From the NCBI GenBank assembly GCA_028023455.1, contig JAQFVV010000008.1, positions 11,842,001 through 11,906,000 on the forward strand: a DNA stretch of 64,000 nt, read 5' to 3'. This document shows, one piece after another, positions 24,752 through 36,991 of this stretch; positions within the stretch are counted from its first letter, which is position 1; each line of letters begins with the position of its first letter. The stretch is from Epiperipatus broadwayi (Eukaryota; Animalia; Onychophora). The translations under genes and the position numbers were made by a program. The notes below the pieces were generated by a model, which saw only the letters and a program-made list of their open reading frames with translations, did no database searches and had not been told where the DNA came from.

Positions 24752-26094
24752 CTAGAAAAAAAAAAAAATTAGTTTTCTCTGAGTGTATATGTGGGATATA
24801 TTCACATATTTATTTATATATTAGCAATAATAATTTTATTAAGAATAAAAAATTTTAACAAGTAAAAAAAAAAGAATACCTTCAATTTTAGGCAATTCAA
24901 TCCATAACAAATTAACAAGAATTAACATATCTTAACACTCTAACATCCAATAAATTATAATTATTTTAAATATGGTAAATAACAATGTGGCAAACAACAT
25001 ATGCATTGAACTTCATTATTTCATGTCTGCACATGAATAGATATGTTTGTTTAAATAAAATACAATACAAATTAAAATGAAGACTATTTGAAATTTAAAA
25101 TATTACCAAAATTTAAATTGCAAAATTTGGTACTATAAAAAGATAATTTGAATGAAATTTTTTTTTTTTCTTTTTCCATTTAGGTATTTTTATTTTGTTT
25201 ACTAATTTCTCAGCTTCCATTGATTACATTACATATAATAATATAATTTAATTTTCTTTAAAGTGCATCCATGATTTGTCAAAAATCTTAAACTTAAAAA
25301 TTATTTATTTTGTTCAATTATTTTCTTTGACAGAATTAATTTTATTTAATTATACTGCCCTGAACAAAGTTATATTTTGACAATTATATTAAATTGATGA
25401 TAATTCTCATTTAACTCCATAATTATTTTCCTTAATAAGTTGATTTCACTGTTGTTGTTATACTTTAATAAATACACAAATATCAACTGAAATCTCAAAA
25501 AAAAAAAAAATCCTGGAGTCTATAGATTAAAAAACCCTCTAAGTACTTTAAAAAAAACATAAAAAAGATTACATTTTTCCAAACTATGCCATATAAATGA
25601 AAAATAAACGAAAAACTTGTGTATTAATCTGGCTCTTTAAAAAAAAAAATTTTTTTTTCTAGAAATTATTTAGCAACACAAGAAACAACTTATATCATTA
25701 ATAAAAAACATTTTTATGTGCAATTGTGACAATAGTCTCTTCCATTTTTTAAAATATGATTCATATTATAGAGTGAAAAAAATAATTTCTCACTGAAAAA
25801 AACAACTTATAGATCAGAAAAACTTCAGTGAATATTTTTGATTTGTTAATAAAAAGAAAACAAATGTAGACAATAAATTTTATTATAATTTTTAATTTTG
25901 TTTAATTTAAATTTTTATTTGATATACTTTAAGAAATTTTTAAATAATTCAAACTATTATTTAATTTTTTGTTTGTTTATTTTTCTTAACTTTGAATTAA
26001 ATAAGTTTTATTGTAATTTTAGATTAAACAATACTATCAGATTTTTTTTTTTTTTCAAAGTTATAAAATGTTATTGCAATGTATATTCAATATA

Positions 26095-26995
26095 CACCTG
26101 GGTCTCTTTTTATGCGGAATTTTTTAATGCAATTTTGGAAGTTATGCAATTCATGTTTCTTCTTAATATCTTTTTATGCGGTAAAGAAGTTCATACTTCA
26201 CTTAAAATCAGGATTTCCCCATTTTATATATATGCATTAAATTTTATATACTTTAAATGCCTGTTGGAAAAAGGTTTAGCAATAAACTTAGATACCGTAG
26301 AAGATTTAGAAAAAGATAATGAAACAGAAGTGAAATCTGTTCCTTTCACAGCAAAAATGATTCGAGAAAGTCTTCAACTTTCTAATCAATTGGAAAATCA
26401 TTTTCTTGTTAATGACATGAATTATGAACGAGCTCTAAAATTCCAATGAGAGCTAAATAGTTGTATGTCTGGATATCACAAGCTTCATAAACAATTAGTA
26501 AAATCATTGTCTCAAAGTTTAATCACCAATTACATTGTCGTCAGAAAACCATTAACACAACATTGAGACAAGTGGTGCTAATTCTGCTGTTTGTGTTTCC
26601 TTGTGTGATGAATCTGATTTCTCACCAGTTCACAAACGAACCTGCATATTGTCAAATAGCGATAATGATTAAAGTATGTATGAAAAAATGTAAAATAAAT
26701 TACACATAAAAACATATTGTTTTGAATAGCTAATAAAAAACTAAAAAAAAAACTTTGTCTTGTATCAATTTTTTTCAAATATTTGAAATTTTTTTTAATC
26801 ATACTTCAATTTCTTATTTTTTTTATGTGAATTTTAAAGTAATTTTATATTGTTGCTTTGGTTTTATGCGATTTTTGAAAATTAGAGAACGTATTTCAAA
26901 TTTTTTAAGGTAAGTGAAAGTCTATTTTTGTGCGATTTTTTTTTTATGCGGATTTTCTGTGGAACATATCTACACCATAAAAAGAAACTCGGGTG
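26095..26995 (+). mobile_element. pogo/Tigger-like (Tc1/mariner) non-autonomous element, copy 1
   Basis: TA-flanked TIRs CACCTGGGTCTCTTTTTATG / CATAAAAAGAAACTCGGGTG. Interior encodes a transposase C-terminal relic (FTAKMIRESLQLSNQLENHFLVNDMNYERALKFQ*ELNSCMSGY...QSLITNY). Confidence 0.85.
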
Positions 26996-27429
26996 TATAT
27001 GAACTCAGTATATTTTTGACATTATACAAATAAAACACAAAAGCAGACTATAAACCCAGACAAATTAAACTGAGCAAAAATCTTAGTATACAGAATGCAG
27101 TAATATAATCATGTAAGATTTACAAATTTTTAAAACTATTATTTTGATATAAGACAATATTACAATATAGTTTTACACTTTAGATTTCTAGCTCTAAAAA
27201 CCATATACGGTTAAAATATCAAAATATATTTTTAAAATGTAAATAAATCTATTGTAACTATTTTATACTAAAAATACAATCTACAAAAAAAAAAAAACTA
27301 GCATATAAAATACCAATAAAATTCATAATTAATCAAAATTTTAGTTTCAAAAGTTTTATTCAAATCTATGTTACATTTCTCTCAAATTTCACATTCTTAA
27401 AATACTATGAGAAAAATAGAAAAGTTACA

Positions 27430-27860
27430 AATTTGGCAAGTGATTACACTGTTGCGGATTTTTACAAGAATCCTTATCATACATTATACAATACTAATTT
27501 TATTTTGATGCATTGTTCAAAGAGCACATTTCCTGTAAATAAATTTACTTGTTTGTCAGTGGGTTCTTGGTTGATTATCACATTCTACAAGCTGGATCTT
27601 TGTTTCATATGTGCCCAGGTGGCAACAAAAATATCTGATGGCACAATCTTCTTATCACTGATTTTAAGTTGCTCCAGTTTGCTTATTACTATGTTTGGGT
27701 GCAATTTCAGGGTTGTAATTACAGGCAAATATGCACCTTGTGCACCAGTGCATAAAGTGTGAACATGGAGGCTCTTATACAGGAAAAAAATCTTTTATGA
27801 AGCTTTTGAAAAGATTTAGGATATATCTTTGTGTTTTCCTGAAGGTTTGTGATGATGGTG
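27430..27860 (-). mobile_element. Possible degraded LINE (jockey-like) RT C-terminal fragment
   Basis: One minus frame reads LYKSLHVHTLCTGAQ...NIVISKLEQL, loosely like LYKSLIRPILxYG...; weak. Confidence 0.3.
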
Positions 27861-27862
27861 TT

Positions 27863-28444
27863 CTAGTTGTATTTTTATATTGGAGTATTTCCATAATCTA
27901 ATATAACTATCAAATGTCTAGAAAAATTTAACTTTATTTAAATATTCCAAATACATTCAACTGTTAGTAATAGCACATCAAACAGGTTAGTATATTCACA
28001 ATGTTTTGAGAGATATTATTCTCCCTTCTTCAGGTGTTGCATTACCTTAAAGTACAATACTCAAGAATCTAAGGGTCCAGGTTCGAATCCCATGCTAGTA
28101 CTGTTACTGGCCAGGCTAGCAACACCTGAAGAAGAGGGAAGAATAATATCTCTCAAAATTGTATGCATATACTAACCTGTTTGATGTGTATCTTAAAATG
28201 CAATAATCAAAAATCTAAGAGTCCAGTTTCGAATCCCATGCTAGTATTGTCACTGGTGAGGCCAGAAACACCCAAAGAAGAGGGGAGAATACCTCTCTAA
28301 ATGTTGTGCATATACTAACCTGTTTGATGTGCTATTACTAACAGTTGAATGTATTTGGAATATTTAAATAAAGTTAAATTTTTCTAAAGACATTCAATAC
28401 CCATATTAGATGATGGAAATAGTCCAATATAAAAATACAATTAG
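27863..28444. mobile_element. 582-bp palindromic element containing two tandem 146-bp tRNA-head + hammerhead units and one inverted hammerhead copy (family 1)
   Basis: Left arm 27863-28040 is the reverse complement of 28268-28444. Tandem units start at 28046 and 28192. B-box GGTTCGAATCC at 28080-28090; CAC-CTGAAGA-A at 28123-28133. Confidence 0.9.
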
Positions 28445-28929
28445 GATATATCTGTTTTCCTAAATAATGTCAATTTTAGTTGTGAGGCAATGCAGTCTGG
28501 AAAAAATGAAACTGGATTTATTTCTTACATAGCATAGTGGGCATGTATGGTATCAATCTAGTCAGCTATCTACATATGAATTTTATTTTAATTGAGTCTT
28601 TAAACACTGTAATGACTAATCAAAAAATTGTAATTTTTTTGCAAAAATGTTGATTTATCCTAGTAGTAAAATTACTACAACTAAATTTACAAATTCATTA
28701 TGTAATCCAAAACCTCTTAGTATTAGTTTTCATTGACAGGTCTTTTGGCAAACTTTTAATTCTTTTTTCAATTTCTTAATGGGTTTAGAGAAGAGGGGAA
28801 TGGAGGAATAGGAGATCAGGGAAAACAAAAAAAAAAGCCTTTTATCAATTTACAAAATATAACTAAAATTTAAGCATTTCTTATTTATAATTGAAAAAAA
28901 AATTGGTTTGGATCATCTGGTATATCACC

Positions 28930-31160
28930 TTCTGTATTTTAGAAAGTTGTGCTGTGGGTAATTCATTTAGATTGAATTCAACTAAGAAATCAATGAATAT
29001 GGATTACAATGACCAATATTGAAAATTTCTTGATCAGCTGTTTATTTTTTTTACATCAAGAATGAATTGCTGTAGGTTGCATAAAAGTTTAATTTTGATT
29101 AGTCTATATATTTACCAGTAGTTAGATCTTTCATTGTGGCATAATTTTGTTATCTTTGTGTCCCAGTAGTTGATCATTCATTGTGGCATAATTAATCATA
29201 TGTTATTATTATCTTTCAATGAGTCTAATAAATTAGACTGTGTATATATTAATGGAGATAATATATTTTGGAGTGAGGAATATATAACTGATACAGATGA
29301 TGATAATGTTTTCTGTACATAGAATATTTATAATGAGTGTAATCTTAGATCATTTTCATCTCATGAGAGTTGTAATTGTTGTATTTACATGATTAATTTT
29401 TCTTGTCCACAAGAGTTTTATGCATATTATGTTGGAAAAAAATTGCTTTCTGAATTTAACTATGGATTGGAGTATTATTATGATCAACTGGGTAAAAAGG
29501 GATGTTTTTGAATATATTGTAAGATATCTTTTTTCCCAAAGATTTGCTTTCTGCTAGTTTTTTTTTTTTTAACCATTTCACCATTGCTGAAGGACTCATG
29601 GAAAATTGAGAAATTTTGAGGGTTTGCCTTGAAAAATTTGGTTCTGCTACTTTCATGTCTTTGCTGACTATATACAAGATCTTTTCATTTTGAAATGGAA
29701 TTGGTAATTTATTTATGTATTTTTTTAGTATATCTAACAGAAGTAGGATTTTTTTTTTTGATGTGAGAACTGTGATTCCATCCATATAGGCAACATTTAT
29801 ATTTTAGTAATTATTGCCTGTAAGAAGAATATTCCTTGAATTTCTCTTTCAATAATGACATGGAACAAAAATTGTTGCTATCAAGTGAGATTTATATTTC
29901 CCAGTTCATAATGAGGTTTGTAATTAGATGGATGATGGATTTTGGTGTTTGTCTTTGCCAATGTATATTTTATATTTATAGATACTGAATCAAACATTGC
30001 AGATACCTAGTTGCACCACCATAGGATTGATTTTATGTTTCACATTGTGTCAAGTACTGCTTGACACAGAAGTACAGCTTGCACCACTCTTGCTTTTCTT
30101 GTAAATTGGGTATGTGAGAGAAAGGAGGTAAGAGATAGAATTCTTATTTTTTTCTGATTTTTATTCTTAATGAGCAGATAGATATATCTTAAATTTGCTA
30201 AAAGAGATAGTATTGTTTGTGCTTTAAGAAAAGGAACAAGTGATATTGAATATAATCCTTGGGTTGTGTAGATTCTTTATGAAAGAAAATTTGCCATCTC
30301 TGCCAGCAGTAGTGATTTAAATTGGATGAGCTATGCAAAAAAATCTTTAGAATACCACATATTCCTGAATGTCATAGCAAGTTTTACAGTAATATCATTT
30401 AGACTATATAGATCTTGATCTTTAGGATCTTCCAGAAAGAGGTGGAGCAGGGGGAAGATTAGTATAACTCTGCCTTTAGATTTTAATTATAATGACTGCC
30501 TATTAATTGCAGCATATTGTCTCTGGTTATAGATGACCCTTCAATTATTATTATAGTTGAAGGGACTTACATTTTCAGTGGACAGCCTAACACCTTTTAT
30601 CCATATATGAAGTCAGCTAATAATATTGTCCTTTTTTTATTAATATATAATCTCCATATTGCTTTGTACATTTTTCATAATGATTTTATATATTCATTAG
30701 TCTTTTGATGGGGTACATAGAGTTTATTTAAGTCATACAAGTTTTGTGTGGGTCTAGTAATACATAGTGTAAAATAAAAATATTTGCAAATGCATAGCAT
30801 GCTTTGCCCTGACTGTAGGGTTAATTTTTAAATTTGGACATCTGGAAGTAGGTTTCTGAAAATACAAATACTGAAGTTCTTGATGGAAGAAGTATTATTA
30901 CTGTTTTACTCATTGACTGATTAGAAATTCTGCTTAGATCTAAGTCTAAATCAACTATAACTGCAAAGTGATCAGATAAAAATGAGGGGTGGAGTTAGAT
31001 ATAATGAATAAAGCATTAGCTTAATTAGGGATATAAATCATCCATTGTTGAATAATGTTGTGCTTGGTAGCAAGTAGTCTTTTCCACACATCATTGGAAA
31101 TGAAAATCTGTGTATCAATTTAGAAATAAATATTTGATAAGACATGTTAAAATCTCTTAA
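28930..31160 (-). mobile_element. Heavily decayed non-LTR retrotransposon (CR1/L2/jockey-group-like)
   Basis: Minus-strand motifs in correct order: RDFN (31146-31157, from GDFN), LSDHFAVIV (SDH at 30968-30976), TAGRDG (PGPDG-like), VAYMDGITV (~29777-29795, YADD-like), NLNELP (WNxLP-like, ~28960). Confidence 0.6.
29115..29193. repeat. ~48-bp tandem duplication inside the LINE relic
   Basis: CCAGTAGTT(AGATCT/GATCA)TTCATTGTGGCATAATT occurs twice. Confidence 0.8.
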
Positions 31161-31261
31161 AAAAATTGCTGGGTATAGAGAGAGAGAGAGAGAGCAAAAG
31201 TAAACACTGAATTTAATATTAACCTGGTTATTAAAGCTGTGAATTAAAGCAGTGAAGCATA

Positions 31262-31300
31262 TAGCTCTGATGAAGACTGCTGGACAGTCGAAACTGTAAG
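31262..31300 (+). ncRNA. Minimal hammerhead motif, family 3 (intact core)
   Basis: UAGCU-CUGAUGA-A-GACUG cugga CAGUC-GAAA-CUGU-A-AG: perfect 5-bp stem II and GUA triplet, but only 2 bp of stem I. Related remnants at 18479, 18723 and 18090 (minus). Confidence 0.6.
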
Positions 31301-34300
31301 GAAAATAAAGAAGTTTTTAAGAAAATTTGTTTGCATTAAAGTGTATATGAAAGAACTGTTGTAAGCAATATATATATATATATGAAAGCTGGATCTGTTG
31401 AAATATACAATTAAATTGTAATTACTATATGCTGTAATGAAATTATCAGGAAATTGTTACCTAGATACAGTATTTTAAATGTAAATGGACAATTTCTTAC
31501 AATTACTAATTACTATTCCAGTACTCCCTAAAGATCAATGATAAACATTTTGAAAAAGTTGAGTATCCATGTCTATTCTAGATATACTGTTGGATCAACT
31601 TGTGAGCCACTACATATTTTGGTTTTTAGGAGAACTTGAGGCTTTATAATACTTATAAATCTTGACAATTGAAAGATCTTTATTTTTGAATTTAATCCTC
31701 TAATACGGAATGAACCAATTTTAAGGTTTCAACTTTTTTTTAAAAAAAAAATTTATGACTTTAGCTGCCTTCCCCATGTAGAGGCAGAAAAAATATTGAG
31801 GTTAATAATAATGTTTAACATTCCAATTGATGTATTTTGGATGTGTTCCTGATTTTTATTGCCCATTACTTCTTTTTGCTTTTAATTGCTTTGTCTTGGA
31901 ACTGAATTGATTTTCATTTGTGAATATTTATATAAGTATTTTTTCCTGATTTGCACCATACTGCATGAATGTATTATCTTCTAATGTCGTCTGTTTTATT
32001 ACACTTCCTTCTATTGATTGTTTAATTCCCACTTTTCTTGTCTTGAACCCTGGCTTATTTTCCATCTGTATCATTTGTTCATTCTAAGTTCTCCATCTTC
32101 TTTGCTTACTGCTTGAGGTTTTGAGTATATTTCTATTGTCTGCACATCTTAAGTTTGTCTCAAATATTTGATACAGTCTTTTTAAAAATGATGTGTTGCT
32201 CTGCATTACCTGTGTCCTTATCCTGAAATGTCTCTGCGTTCTGTTGAAATATTGATATTGTATTTCTTTCTCATTTTGTTTTAAGTCATGTGTCTTACTT
32301 GGAAGTGCTATGTTTTATTGATTATGCTCATTTGTATGTGAATTATTTAATTTCTTGATTACTTCTGCAGGTTTTTCTGTTGCATTCACTGATGAGGTTA
32401 AATTTCGTGCACATTGATGAGATGATGTGTTTAACATGTTGCAAATAAGTGATTATACAATACTGTATTGCATCTAAAAATTAAAAATTATTAATAATCC
32501 TATATTTATTTTGAAAATAAAATTGTCATTTGTTTTTAATATTATACCTGCTTCACTAACTCTAATATTAACCTATCAAACCAAAATGAAATTATTACTA
32601 ATCCATAAACTGTTTGTGTGATTTGAATAATAAGAATATTAAGTTTATAATAATAGTTCTGATGTAGTCTCTGTAAAAATTTTACTCCTACTTGAGATTC
32701 TCTACAATTCTAATATATTATTTGTCTCAAAATAGAATAACTATTTTTTAGTATTTTGTAATGACTTCATTATTTTAATAGGCATGTTAATATCACTGAT
32801 GACTCTTTAAGATATAGAAAGATGTTTTGCTTTTATTATTGCAAGGCAAGCTTTTTAGACTAAAGCAATTGAGATACTCTGCAAAAATAAATATTTCATA
32901 AATGTTGAATTTTAAGCTCAGATATAAATAAATTTCAGTAGCATGCTTCACAAATAAATATACTCATAATCCCATTTATCATGAATTGTCTGTAAAAATT
33001 TAAGAATTGGGTAATCTATCCATGATAGAGTTGATATCAATTAAAAATATATATTAATATTTCTCTTTTTTTTTTAATTTTTACAGACCACAATTCAGAA
33101 AATAAATTGAGATAAGGTTTCTTGCATTATTTTTTTAAACAAATTAAATCTTAATGTATCTGAAAAATCACAAAATATCAATTATGCCTATTCTCTGGTT
33201 AAACAATCAATGTCCAAACATTTTATACAGATGAAATATTGTGAAATGTAAAAGGTATGACTTAACTACAACATGTAATTCAAGCTTTGTATAGTTGCCT
33301 TGTAGATATAGTATTTTTAATTTTTGATCAGATGATATAAAAATTTGAAAACTTTGAAGTTTGTCTGAATAATTTTGTTTGAGTTAACAGAATTAATAAG
33401 TCTGTAAAATTTTAATTCCAAATACTATCTGATTTACAAATATTATAACATTATTATCCATGTCAGCAATAAGGGGTACCATATGAGCCAATATTAATAA
33501 TTAGATAACAAATATCATAAATAGTCATAAGCCCCTGTGATATGCCTTTCATAGCTTTAATTACTCAGCAGCTATTATTTTTAAAAAAATCTTATTAATA
33601 AGCATCAAACAATTAATGTTAATTGGTTTTATTCAGGAAAAAATAATGATTAAATAAAGAAGTATACCCATTCAATGATCCTTATTATTACGTATTCAAA
33701 ATTAAGATTTGGAATTTTCAAGGACAAAATTTTGAATCTAATTCTCTTCATATCTGTCTAATTACATAAAGGTTATATTTTAATATCCCCCCAAGACTAT
33801 ATATGATCAAGTCTATTCATAATTATTTGTTTCTGATTAATGTCTTATTATTATAATTAAAAAATATTTTTAAGGCATTATAAATAAACATACAAATCTA
33901 GTTATGAATTTTAATTTAACTAAGAGCATTATTTTTGAAGAGATGATGCTAGATTATCTCTTAAAATCTGTTTTTTTCTAAGTTAATAAATAATTTCATT
34001 TATAAACCTATTATCATACAACTGAGTGTAAAATAATGATTTTAATTGTTCTAAAATGTCACATAATAAACTAATTTATTAAAAATTAATAAAATATTGG
34101 TGAAAGTTTTTACAGTAAAAATAAATTATGTCAACCTAGAAACTTAAAGATAAAACATTAACTGCTAATATACTTTTATTATAAACAAATTTTATTTATA
34201 TTAAAAACATATATAAGATTATTACATATTTTCAAAATTGGCTTAAACAGGAACATATGGAAATAAAACAAATATAAGAAAATGCTTTAAATATTTGGAT

Positions 34301-36962
34301 AATTCAAGGTAAAATTTAACCAAATTATAAAACTTTTATATAAGAATTAAAATAATAGGTGATAAAGAGTCAGCATTATCAATTAAACAAATTACTTTAT
34401 TTGATGATTAATTAATTAGATAATTAAAGGAGTTTCCTTAGGGAAAATAGTCCTTGGAATCACAATTTATCTCTAATATTCTTGAGTATGTATCTAAGGT
34501 CTCTATATTATATCATCACTGCACACAAAAATTTGATAAGATTATAATGTGCACAACTTGGAAAATAAATAATAAAAAAATAAAAAAATGAAGTTTCCAT
34601 ATGACTTTTTTTTTATTGAGGAAATTATGATATTTTAATATTTGATAAGTTTTTTTGTTTTCAAAATTATGGGGGGAAAAGAACAATTATCTATAAAATG
34701 TATTATTATCCAAAACTAAGAAAGATTACAGTGGGAATACATTCATAAATGAACCTCTGTTTTAAAAATATGCTCCAACATATTTATAAAGATTTTATAC
34801 TGATTCATTCGGCATATTTATATTTCATTCTAAAGTTTGATAGAGTAGAATTTCAATGATATACTATTTAGGTTTTTAAAGGCAATTTCATTAGTAATGT
34901 CAGCAAAAGCAATTTTCTATTTAAAAAGGACATCTCAACAGAATGGATATCTGAATTAAAAATATTCCATATATTTATATCGAGTCTTGGTATTGTACCA
35001 GTCAAGTTTGTACATTCGTGTAACAGAATCTAGAGTCCAGGCATAGAGACCAAAGCTGACCAGACCAGGAGTGTGATGTCCCAAATCCAGCCACACTTCA
35101 ACTCGCATGCTAGTACTCCAAGACTCAAGACCCTATGAATGACCACCTTAAAGTTACCCGTAGTATACCATTTTGTTCACGGCCGGCATAGGTCAGGGTG
35201 AAACAATAAGACTCGAGGTTACAACTATTATTAACTAAATCTAATTATACTAAACTCATGGAGACTTTATTAATGCATAGATTTATAAATGAATCTTACC
35301 AATAATTTGAATTGGATTGAATAAATGAGATGGAGAATGACTAGATTAATTTAACTATGTTATTAACACATATATAAAATTTACTAGCATATGAAAAATG
35401 CACGAAGGCATTTTGATGAATAAAAAGATCAACTCTTCTTACAACTTAATTTATGGATGTATTTATACAAGCAATACCAAACATTATATAACAGATGAGT
35501 TTAACAGATTCTCATCTTATGAATTTAATTACAAACAATACACAAATAATGACTACGTTATGCCTATCAATAGAGTTATGCCAACTACTATTTAACTTGT
35601 GGCTGGTATATAGATAAGTAATCATAGTAAGCCTTTGATTAAACTAAAAATTCATTTTTATTACAAATATTATATTAAAGATGAGCGTATAAACCAGCTC
35701 AAATAACTTTAGATCGAACCTGGCTTTCAAGAGAATTTTCAGATCAATGCTGAAAGTGATATATTAAGGAGGTAGAGTTGGTGACATAAGATTTTACCAA
35801 TGCACTATGGCACAGGTAAATGACAATAAAAAAAGTTGCTCTGCGGTTGGATGAGTAAGTCAAGGGTTCTTGTGATGAACGTTGGTACCCTGGGACCGAT
35901 CGTTATGCTGCAAATGAAAGGAACACTTTTGTTCAGAAGTGATGGGGGACTTAGGTGCTAACCTGGCCTCAACTCAGGCTTTGCTACTGCACTACCCTAT
36001 GAGAGAGGATGGGCTGGCTTCACCGTGGCTCCATCTTAATATATGTAACATACATAGCAGCAAAACGAGAAAATATTTAAATAAAAGATCTCATCTGCCA
36101 AGCAAAAAATATTATATTTAATATCATAAAATACAAGAACAATAGCTTTTTCACTCTATCAATCAAAGCTAACCCTTGTATAGCATAATAATACATAGGC
36201 TACTGACAGGAGTATTAATAACATCTTTATTTTATCACATTCTATCTATTTGGTTACTTTATAATTAATCAATATTTTTAGGAGGGAAAGTATATTTAAA
36301 TAAACATAGGGAATAACTTAACTGACAAATATATTTATAAACTATTCTCAAGGCCAGTTTAATTCTTAAAAAAAAAAAAAAAAAATTAAGCTTGCAAATT
36401 GCTGATTGAAACAAGCCGCATTTCACATTTTTAATCATAAATTAATAAGAATAATAACGAGCAAAAGGCGAGTCATTATTTATAAAAATAGAATTGTAAA
36501 ACAGTGCACAGAAAAATGGCGCTATAAAACAATTACATGAAGATATTTGAATAATATCTTCTTAAAAATATATTAAAATTAAGTGCTCGCTGTTTCAAAG
36601 CATTGGCATATAAAACACAATAAACATTTAACTAAAATATGCAAAAGAATTAGACATAACGGCAGTGATATAGTTTTAAATTAGGAAATGTTAATTTATT
36701 TTCTGAGTGAAAAGAGATTACAAATAGATGGGTCATTATAACTTTTTAGAAATATTAATTTTGATACCACTTTCTATATTATTTTAAATATTAAAATGGA
36801 TTTAACCTATAGTTTCATTTGGTTACAATAAAGTTACATCTAAATATTTTTAAGGAGAGTTAGTTAACTTGGATTTAGGTTATAATTTATATAAGGATTG
36901 CACAGAGCTCTGCGGTTTTGAAAATAAACTGTACCAGTTATTTTGGTGAATGCTGGGCGATA

Positions 36963-36991
36963 GGGTGGGGGGGGGGGGTGGGGGGGGGGGG
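36963..36991 (+). repeat. G3-T-G12-T-G12 tract, G-quadruplex-capable
   Basis: Direct sequence. Confidence 0.85.

Noticed and set aside
25898-26449. 183-aa ORF as a gene
   Set aside because: N-terminal half is low-complexity AT sequence with a TTG start, crossing the TIR; only the C-terminal part is a pogo transposase relic.
27433-27762. 109-aa plus-strand ORF
   Set aside because: No recognisable motif; more likely the antisense shadow of a decayed LINE fragment.
28046-28100. Functional tRNA gene
   Set aside because: Only the 3' half with a B box is present; no acceptor-stem pairing or complete A box, and it is embedded in a repeat.
31880-32450. Possible ORF1 of the adjacent LINE on the minus strand
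   Set aside because: Composition is coding-like, but I could not identify a motif with confidence.
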